From NCBI GenBank assembly GCA_002841395.1, contig PGZM01000002.1:576459-640458 (forward strand): DNA of 64,000 bases, read 5' to 3'. A program made the position numbers and the translations under genes. Numbering within the stretch: position 1 is the stretch's first letter; every line of letters starts with the position of its first letter. The notes beneath the pieces were generated by a model. That model saw only the letters and a list, made by a program, of their open reading frames with translations, was not told the origin of the DNA and ran no database searches. Source of the stretch: Firmicutes bacterium HGW-Firmicutes-9 (GTDB taxonomy: Bacteria; Bacillota; Clostridia; Christensenellales; CAG-138). Below, one piece after another: positions 57,375-64,000 of this stretch.

Positions 57375-58784
57375 ATGGCAGCTCAATCGGAAAAACCTTC
57401 CTGGTATACGATGGATTCAATCGTAACGCTCTGCAAAGGGCGCGGCTTTGTCTACCCCGGCAGTGAGATCTACGGTGGTCTCGCCAACAGCTGGGACTAC
57501 GGCCCGCTCGGCGTGGAGTTTAAGAATAACATCAAGCGCGCCTGGTGGAGAAAATTTGTGCAGGAATCGCCCTACAACGTCGGTATGGACGCGGCGATCC
57601 TGATGAACCCTGAAACATGGGTCGCGAGTGGCCACGTCGGCGGATTTTCCGATCCGCTGATGGACTGCAAGAGTTGCCGCGCGCGTTTCCGCGCCGACAA
57701 GCTCATCGAGGATTATGTCGCCGAAAACAATCTGACGGAAATCCATCCCGACGGCTGGACGAACGCGCAGATGGAAGCATTCATTGCGGAAAAGGGCATC
57801 GTTTGCCCCGAATGCGGCAAGACTGAGTTTACCGGCATCCGCAAGTTTAACCTGATGTTCAAAACCTTCCAGGGCGTCACGGAGGACACCGCTTCGGAGC
57901 TCTACCTGCGTCCCGAAACCGCGCAGGGCATCTTTGTCAACTTTAAAAACGTGCTGCGTACCACGCGCAAGAAACTGCCGTTCGGTATCGCGCAGGTTGG
58001 TAAATCCTTCCGCAACGAGATCACACCCGGCAATTTCATCTTCCGCATCCGCGAGTTTGAGCAGATGGAGCTGGAGTTCTTCTGCGCACCCGGTACGGAT
58101 ATGGAATGGTACCTCTACTGGAAGGATTACTGCCACAAGTTCCTGCTTGCCCTCGGCATGAATGACGAGAGCATCCGCCTCCGCGAGCACGCGCAGGAAG
58201 AGCTTTCGCACTATAGCAAGGGCACCACGGACATCGAATTCATGTTCCCATTCGGTTGGGGCGAGCTCTGGGGCATCGCCGACCGTACGGATTTCGATCT
58301 CAAGAGCCACGCCGATCACAGCGGCGAGAACTTTGAATATCTCGATCCATACACCAACGAGAAATTCATTCCCTATTGCGTGGAGCCGTCCCTCGGCGCA
58401 GACCGCGTCGCGCTCGCGTTCCTTTGCAACGCATACGAGGAGCAGGAGCTGGAAGGCGGAGATGTCCGCACTGTGCTGCACCTCCACCCCGCGCTCGCGC
58501 CGTTTAAGTGCGCGGTGCTCCCGCTGAGCAAGAAGCTCGGCGAGCAGGCGCAGGCCGTATATGCAAAGCTCGCCAAAAAGTTCATGGTAGACTATGATGA
58601 GACGGGTTCCATCGGTAAGCGGTATCGCCGCGAGGACGAGATCGGTACTCCGTACTGCATCACGGTCGACTTCGACACCGAGACCGACGGCTGCGTAACC
58701 GTACGCGACCGCGACACGATGGAGCAGGTTCGCCTGCCGATCGACGAGCTCACAAGTTACATCGAAGCCCGGCTGGACTTCTAA
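57375..58784 (+). CDS. glyQS: Glycine--tRNA ligase (alpha2, eukaryote-like type)
   Basis: IYGG...[29 protein letters not shown] and IGKRYRR.DEIG. Confidence 0.95.
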   Translation: MAAQSEKPSWYTMDSIVTLCKGRGFVYPGSEIYGGLANSWDYGPLGVEFKNNIKRAWWRKFVQESPYNVGMDAAILMNPETWVASGHVGGFSDPLMDCKSCRARFRADKLIEDYVAENNLTEIHPDGWTNAQMEAFIAEKGIVCPECGKTEFTGIRKFNLMFKTFQGVTEDTASELYLRPETAQGIFVNFKNVLRTTRKKLPFGIAQVGKSFRNEITPGNFIFRIREFEQMELEFFCAPGTDMEWYLYWKDYCHKFLLALGMNDESIRLREHAQEELSHYSKGTTDIEFMFPFGWGELWGIADRTDFDLKSHADHSGENFEYLDPYTNEKFIPYCVEPSLGADRVALAFLCNAYEEQELEGGDVRTVLHLHPALAPFKCAVLPLSKKLGEQAQAVYAKLAKKFMVDYDETGSIGKRYRREDEIGTPYCITVDFDTETDGCVTVRDRDTMEQVRLPIDELTSYIEARLDF

Positions 58785-58798
58785 ACCGCATCACACAA

Positions 58799-58822
58799 GC
58801 CCCCGCGTCCTGCGCGGGGGCA
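58799..58822 (+). terminator. GC hairpin after glyQS
   Basis: GCCCCCGCG-TCCTG-CGCGGGGGC with a weak U-tract. Confidence 0.5.
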
Positions 58823-58883
58823 ATTGTTTGTATCCCGCTTTCAAGCATACTGACCCAATCAATCTGAAACGACAGGACACGAT

Positions 58884-61088
58884 ATGGCAGAGATAACCGG
58901 CGTCGTCAACTCCATCATCTACCGTAACACCGAAAACGGCTGGACGGTTCTTGAGCTATGCCCTGACGAGGGTGAAAAGCTGACCGTCGTTGGCGCGCTG
59001 CCGCTGGCGAACGTTGGCGAACGGATCGAGTTGACGGGCGAGTTCTCCTCGCATCCGAAATACGGCAGCCAGTTTAAGGCAGTCGCTTACCATACCGTTG
59101 CGCCCGCGACGCTCTCCGCGATCGAAACATATCTCGGCAGCGGACTCATCAAGGGTGTCGGCCCCGCAACCGCGCGCGCAATCGTCGAACGATTCGGCAT
59201 GGAGACGCTCGCCGTACTGGACGACGATCCCCTGCGCCTTTCCGAAATCCCCGGTATCGGCCCGAAAAAGCGCGATATGATCCTCGCAAGTTATCTGGAG
59301 AACCGCATGATGCGGGATATCCTGCTCGCGCTGGAGCCATACGGCGTGACGGTCAATCAAGCGTACAAACTCTATAAAATCTACGGCGAGCTCTGCCTTG
59401 CGCGAATCGAGGAAGACCCGTATCAGATTATCAAAGACGTAGACGGCGTCGGGTTCGTCACGGCGGACAAGATCGCGCAGAATGTATCCGGCTTTTCGTT
59501 TGATTCTGAATCCCGCTTGCGCGCGGGGCTTCTCTACGCGCTTTCTACCGCGGCGAACGAATACGGGCACACGTATCTGCCGAAACCTTCTCTTTTGAAT
59601 TACTCGGTCAAGCTGCTTGGCGCGCCTGAAGACCGACTCATCGAAACGCTGGACAATTTGGTCGCGCATGGCGAGGCGATCCAGCAATATGTCGGTGAGA
59701 CGGAAGCGGTGTTTCTTCCGTACTTTGAACGCATAGAGTCAAATATTGCAGAAAAGCTGCTCAAGCTCTCGCAAAAGCCGGTTGAAAACCCGTTTTTCGA
59801 CTTTGCGGCGATTCAGGCTGCGCAAAAACTCGAACTTTCCAACCAGCAGCGCGGCGCGGTGCTTGCGGCGCTCAACGAAGGCGCGCTGGTCATCACCGGC
59901 GGCCCCGGCACGGGTAAAACCACGATTATCCGCTTCATCACCGCCATCATGGAAGAGATCGGGCTGGAGGTCGCGCTGACCGCGCCAACCGGCAGAGCCG
60001 CCAAACGTATGAGCGATGCGACCGGGCACGAAGCAAAGACCATCCACCGCCTCTTGGAGTATGTTCCCGGCGAGGGCTTTCTGCGCAACGCGGACGACCC
60101 GCTGTATGTGGACATGGTCATCGTAGATGAGATGAGCATGGTGGACGCGATGCTGATGAACGCGCTTCTAAAGGCGATTACCATCGGTACGCGCCTCATC
60201 CTCGTGGGCGACGCAGATCAGCTGCCCTCCGTCGGCGCGGGCGACGTGCTGCGGGATATCATCAGCAGCGAGACCATCCGCGTCGTGCGGCTGGATGAGA
60301 TCTTCCGTCAGGCGCAATCGAGCATGATCGTCACCAACGCGCACCGCATCAATATGGGATTTGCTCCCCTGCTGGACGTGCCGGACAGCGACTTTTTGTT
60401 TGAGGACGTCGCCTCGCAGGATCGCATCCTCGAGCGCATTCTCTATGTCTGTACCCATCCGGGGCAGGTGCTCGACACGCGCGAGCCGCTTCTTGATGTG
60501 CAGATCCTTGCGCCTATGAAGAAGGGCGTGCTGGGTGTATATAACATCAATGCCAAGCTGCAGGCGGCGCTCAATCCGCCCGCGCCCCACAAGCGGGAGC
60601 ACATCAGCGGTGAGACGATCTTCCGTGAGGGAGACCGCATCATGCAGATGAAGAATAACTACAAGGTCGAGTGGCGCAAGACTCTGCCCAACGGCGGCGT
60701 GGAGGACGGCACGGGCGCGTTTAACGGCGACCTTGGCACGATCTATCAGATCCACGAGAACGAGCGCTCATTGAGCGTGATTTTTGACGACGAGCGGCTT
60801 GCGGTGTTCGACTTTACGCACATCGACGAACTGGAGCTTGCGTATTGCATCTCGATTCACAAGAGTCAGGGCAGCGAGTTCCCGATCGTGATCTTGCCGA
60901 TGTTCGGTGCAGCGTCGCCGATGATGACGCGAAACCTGTTGTACACCGCGGTGACCCGCGCTAAGCGACAGGTTGTCTGCATCGGGCGCCGGGATGCGAT
61001 GGTGAGCATGGTCAACAACAACCGTACCGACCGCCGCTATACCGCGCTTTGCAGTAGGCTTAGCGAGCTCAAAGGGTTGGGCGTATGA
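58884..61088 (+). CDS. recD2: ATP-dependent RecD-like DNA helicase
   Basis: HhH motifs, GGPGTGKT, VDEMSM, GDADQL, HKSQGSEF and YTAVTRA. Confidence 0.93.
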   Translation: MAEITGVVNSIIYRNTENGWTVLELCPDEGEKLTVVGALPLANVGERIELTGEFSSHPKYGSQFKAVAYHTVAPATLSAIETYLGSGLIKGVGPATARAIVERFGMETLAVLDDDPLRLSEIPGIGPKKRDMILASYLENRMMRDILLALEPYGVTVNQAYKLYKIYGELCLARIEEDPYQIIKDVDGVGFVTADKIAQNVSGFSFDSESRLRAGLLYALSTAANEYGHTYLPKPSLLNYSVKLLGAPEDRLIETLDNLVAHGEAIQQYVGETEAVFLPYFERIESNIAEKLLKLSQKPVENPFFDFAAIQAAQKLELSNQQRGAVLAALNEGALVITGGPGTGKTTIIRFITAIMEEIGLEVALTAPTGRAAKRMSDATGHEAKTIHRLLEYVPGEGFLRNADDPLYVDMVIVDEMSMVDAMLMNALLKAITIGTRLILVGDADQLPSVGAGDVLRDIISSETIRVVRLDEIFRQAQSSMIVTNAHRINMGFAPLLDVPDSDFLFEDVASQDRILERILYVCTHPGQVLDTREPLLDVQILAPMKKGVLGVYNINAKLQAALNPPAPHKREHISGETIFREGDRIMQMKNNYKVEWRKTLPNGGVEDGTGAFNGDLGTIYQIHENERSLSVIFDDERLAVFDFTHIDELELAYCISIHKSQGSEFPIVILPMFGAASPMMTRNLLYTAVTRAKRQVVCIGRRDAMVSMVNNNRTDRRYTALCSRLSELKGLGV

Positions 61089-61753
61089 CCGCGTTGTCGC
61101 ACGATACACTTTGGAGCAAGCTGCTTGACGCACTCTACCCGCCGGACGTCGCCTGCACGCTCTGCGGGCGGGAAACACTGCTGGGTGAAGATCGTCTCTG
61201 CAATGATTGCCGCACGTCTCTCTCGCCCTCTCCTGCGCTCGTTTGCCCAGCCGGACTTGACGGCATCACGGCGGCCTACCGCTACAGCGGCGGCGCGCGA
61301 AACGGCGTACGCGCACTGAAATATCAAAATCAAGTGCGGCTTGCGCCATACTTTGCAGACGCGATCACGCTTCCGTCTGACTGGCAGATCGACTATGTTG
61401 TGCCTGTGCCATTACACCCGCTGAAAAAGTGGCTGCGCTCGTATAACCAAAGCGACTGCATCGCGCAGGAACTCTGCAAGCGATATGCTTTGCAGCAGCG
61501 CAGCGATCTGTTGCAGCGCACAAGATTCACCCGCTCGCAAACCACGCTCAACGAGTTTGAGCGCGCGAAGAATGTCTCCCGCGCATTTGTGGCCAATTAC
61601 AATGTGCAGGGGAAAAACATTTTGCTCATAGACGACGTGACCACGACGCACAGCACGCTGCTCGCCTGCACTTCCGCGCTTCGGGCGGCTGGCGCCGAAA
61701 AAATTTACACCGCCTGCGCAACCGCCGCCACACGTGGTTCAGATCGGGAGTAA
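61085..61753 (+). CDS. comF: ComF-family protein (double zinc ribbon plus PRTase)
   Basis: CTLC/CNDC, VPVPLH, YNQS and LIDDVTTT. Confidence 0.85.
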   Translation: MTALSHDTLWSKLLDALYPPDVACTLCGRETLLGEDRLCNDCRTSLSPSPALVCPAGLDGITAAYRYSGGARNGVRALKYQNQVRLAPYFADAITLPSDWQIDYVVPVPLHPLKKWLRSYNQSDCIAQELCKRYALQQRSDLLQRTRFTRSQTTLNEFERAKNVSRAFVANYNVQGKNILLIDDVTTTHSTLLACTSALRAAGAEKIYTACATAATRGSDRE

Positions 61754-61764
61754 ACAATGCAAAT

Positions 61765-61797
61765 AAAAAGCCACTCGCTTTAAACGAGTGGCTTTTT
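61765..61797. terminator. Bidirectional terminator
   Basis: AAAAAGCCACTCG...CGAGTGGCTTTTT. Confidence 0.85.
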
Positions 61798-61806
61798 GAT
61801 TTGTTT

Positions 61807-63000
61807 CTAGATGTACAGATTTCTTCCGGCCTGCCTACCGGAGATGAAGATGGTAACGATCAACGCGCCAACAAGTACAAACGCGGTGTTCCAACTCCCC
61901 GTCCAGTCAAACAGCCAGCCGCCCAGAATCGGGCCCAGCGCGCCGAAGCCGTAGCCGAGCGATTGCACCATGCCGGAGAGGCTCGTTGCCCTGCCCGCCG
62001 TTCTCGTGCGCAGGCTGATGAGCAACATGCAAAGATTGAAGCAGGAGCCCGTAGAGAAGCCGTAGAGCATCACGCAGATCGTCAACGGCACGGCGGCTTT
62101 TGACAGCACCAGACCGCAGAGAGAGGCGATGTAGAACACTGCCACCACGGAGATCAATCCACGCTGATCCTTTACCCGCGTAGCGATCGCCGGAATGATA
62201 AACGCGGCGGGTATTGTCGTCAGCTGAAATGCAAACGCGAGATACCCCGCTGTCTCCTGTGAAAGCCCCTTGGAAAGCACGATGGTCGGAAGCCACGCGG
62301 CAAAGAAATAGAATAAAAACGACTGCGCGCCCATCAGCACCGTGAGCCACCAGGCAAGCCCCATGCGCCAGACGGATTTCTCTTGCATATCCGGTGAAAT
62401 TGTCGAATTCGTTTGCTGAACGATCGAAAGCTTTCGCTGTGGAAGCCAGAAGAGAATGCCGAGAATGGCCAGCCCCATCCAAACCGCCAGTGAGTTTCTC
62501 CAGCCGATTCCGGAGAGTTTGGAGAGCGGATAACTCACCGCAGCGGAAACCGCGGCAAACGACGTCATCGAGATGGTGAACGCGCCGGTTGCGAGTCCGA
62601 TTCTCTCCGGAAAGCGGGATTTGATGATGCCCGGCACCAATACGTTTCCAATCGCGATTCCCGCGCCAAGCAAAAATGTACCCGCGAACAACCCGATATT
62701 GCCTGCAAATGAGCGGATGCAAACGCCGAGCAAGACCGCGATGACGGCATATAAGAGCGTCATTCCTGCGCCAAGCTTGTCGCTGATGCGCCGCACGAAC
62801 GGCGAAAGAATCGCGAACATGATCAAGGGAATCGTGGTGAGCAGCCCAAACACGCCGCTGGAAAACGGCAGCTCCGTCTTCATGGTCGGCACCAGCGGTC
62901 CAACCGCAGTGATCGGCGCGCGCAGATTGACCGCGACCAGAATCAGTCCAATGAATAGCAGTAGTTGAAACGGTTTCCTCTGAGCATCATTCTTTGTCAA
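61807..63000 (-). CDS. CynX/NimT-family MFS transporter
   Basis: NLRAPITAVGP, GNVLVPG, LSGMVQSLGY and TGSW. Confidence 0.85.
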   Translation of the reverse strand: MTKNDAQRKPFQLLLFIGLILVAVNLRAPITAVGPLVPTMKTELPFSSGVFGLLTTIPLIMFAILSPFVRRISDKLGAGMTLLYAVIAVLLGVCIRSFAGNIGLFAGTFLLGAGIAIGNVLVPGIIKSRFPERIGLATGAFTISMTSFAAVSAAVSYPLSKLSGIGWRNSLAVWMGLAILGILFWLPQRKLSIVQQTNSTISPDMQEKSVWRMGLAWWLTVLMGAQSFLFYFFAAWLPTIVLSKGLSQETAGYLAFAFQLTTIPAAFIIPAIATRVKDQRGLISVVAVFYIASLCGLVLSKAAVPLTICVMLYGFSTGSCFNLCMLLISLRTRTAGRATSLSGMVQSLGYGFGALGPILGGWLFDWTGSWNTAFVLVGALIVTIFISGRQAGRNLYI

Positions 63001-63035
63001 AATCGGGGTTCCTTTCCGTGTGGTTCAATCGGATG

Positions 63036-63467
63036 TTACGGTTCCAGCTCGTCCGGCGTAAAATGGGTGTTGCACAAACCGTGATAATGGCTGCCGTACT
63101 TCACCGAAAGCTTCAGCACGCAATAATCCGGGTCGTTCACGCCAAGCGGGTAATACATCTCGAATCCTTCCCGCCAAAGAAACGCCTTGGTCTCGGGGTC
63201 GGTACAAACTTCCATGTCGCCTACAAACAATGCGCCCTGAAACTGGTCTGGCAAGCAATAATAGATGGACGCTTTCGGGTTCTTCTTCAGCGCCGCAACT
63301 TTTCCGGAGGATGTGTTGGTTGAAAGATACTGCGTGTGGATATGATCGTGCTCAAGAATCAGCATGGCGCGCGTTTCGGGATATCCGTTTTCATCGATAT
63401 AGGAGAGAAAGGCTTTGTCGCAATTCCTACGTAGTTTCCAGATAGCATCGAAAACATCCTGTTTCAT
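63036..63467 (-). CDS. Pyridoxamine 5'-phosphate oxidase-like FMN-binding protein
   Basis: GYP.TRAM, STNTSS.K, NPKASIY and GVNDPDY. Confidence 0.8.
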   Translation of the reverse strand: MKQDVFDAIWKLRRNCDKAFLSYIDENGYPETRAMLILEHDHIHTQYLSTNTSSGKVAALKKNPKASIYYCLPDQFQGALFVGDMEVCTDPETKAFLWREGFEMYYPLGVNDPDYCVLKLSVKYGSHYHGLCNTHFTPDELEP

Positions 63468-63497
63468 AAGATAGGCTCCGATCTGGTTATGATGTGT

Positions 63498-63538
63498 AAA
63501 AACGCACCCTCATCCGGCTGGAATGAGAGTGCGTTTTC
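63498..63538 (-). terminator. Terminator after tRNA-Ser
   Basis: AAAACGCACCCTCAT...ATGAGAGTGCGTTTT. Confidence 0.75.
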
Positions 63539-63539
63539 A

Positions 63540-63627
63540 TGGCGGAGGGCCAGGGATTCGAACCCTGGGTCCCTTTCGGGACACGGCATTTCGAGTGCCG
63601 CACGATCGACCACTCTGACAACCCTCC
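63540..63627 (-). tRNA. tRNA-Ser(CGA)
   Basis: GGAGGGTTG...anticodon arm CGGCA-CT-CGA-AA-TGCCG; long variable arm; GTTCGAATC; GCCA end. Confidence 0.97.
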
Positions 63628-63648
63628 AAGAATGCTCGCGCAAGGGAT

Positions 63649-63677
63649 ATTATACTGAAATCTCATTCGGATTGCAA
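63649..63677 (-). promoter_or_regulatory. Sigma-A promoter of tRNA-Ser
   Basis: TTGCAA-17-TATAAT. Confidence 0.75.
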
Positions 63678-63747
63678 TGTTTTGTTGAAAAATCAAGTTG
63701 GATATGCGCGATAATCTTCATCAGAAATTTGTGATGAAGGTTGTGTT

Positions 63748-64000
63748 CTATTGTTTCTGCTTGAGGCCTCTGACGGCATAGGAAACGAAGTTCCGCTCCG
63801 CTTTGCTGAAGACCAGTTCCTTGGGGTAAACCAAGTAGATATCGCGGTATGCGCCTTCCGCATCCAAATCGAACACCAGCAGATCGCCGCTGTTTTCATA
63901 CTTCTTTGCTGCCATTTCGGAAACCACGGCAACGCCTAGTCCGCCGACGACGGAGCTCTTTACCGCGTCTGCCTGGTTCATCATCGCAACCACGTGCAGC
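63748..64000 (-). CDS. LysR-family regulator, C-terminal part (cut by the window edge)
   Basis: AVKSSVVGGLGVAVVS...RDIYLVY..FSKAERNF, typical of the end of a LysR substrate-binding domain. Confidence 0.75.
   Translation of the reverse strand, partial: LHVVAMMNQADAVKSSVVGGLGVAVVSEMAAKKYENSGDLLVFDLDAEGAYRDIYLVYPKELVFSKAERNFVSYAVRGLKQKQ

Overview
A 64 kb core-chromosome segment from a GC-rich anaerobic Firmicute; gene content suggests Clostridia, possibly Christensenellales-like (inference). It holds about 60 CDS, tRNA-Pro(GGG), tRNA-Ser(CGA) and the class A RNase P RNA. Housekeeping blocks include glgP, ddl-murF, surE-rpiR-HI0933-cmk-plsC-ispH::rpsA, rpmG-secE-nusG-rplKA-rplJL, tldD-pmbA, hpf, trmK-nif3-Zn ribbon-rnpB-trpS, mnmA, glyQS and recD2-comF. 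There is an anaerobic purine-catabolism cluster (hydA-mocA-guaD divergent from ade and xdhABC) and a ~7.5 kb patch of small regulator-plus-effector modules after tRNA-Pro. I saw no integrase, transposase, phage gene, cas gene or true CRISPR array. The most notable sequence-level observations are: (1) an internal sigma-A promoter and strong RBS inside the ispH-rpsA fusion that could produce stand-alone S1; (2) a perfect 34-bp hairpin direct repeat with a 36-nt spacer between rnpB and trpS; (3) a poly-A frameshift in the second of two tandem YcxB-like paralogues; (4) a 13-bp inverted repeat upstream of hpf; (5) several apparently leaderless genes; (6) enlarged SecE and NusG; (7) uncharacterised modules (TetR/7TM/DUF2871, a Moco lipoprotein without an RR motif, a self-targeting MerR). 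None of these is proven to be a new system. All product calls come from motif recognition, not database searches.
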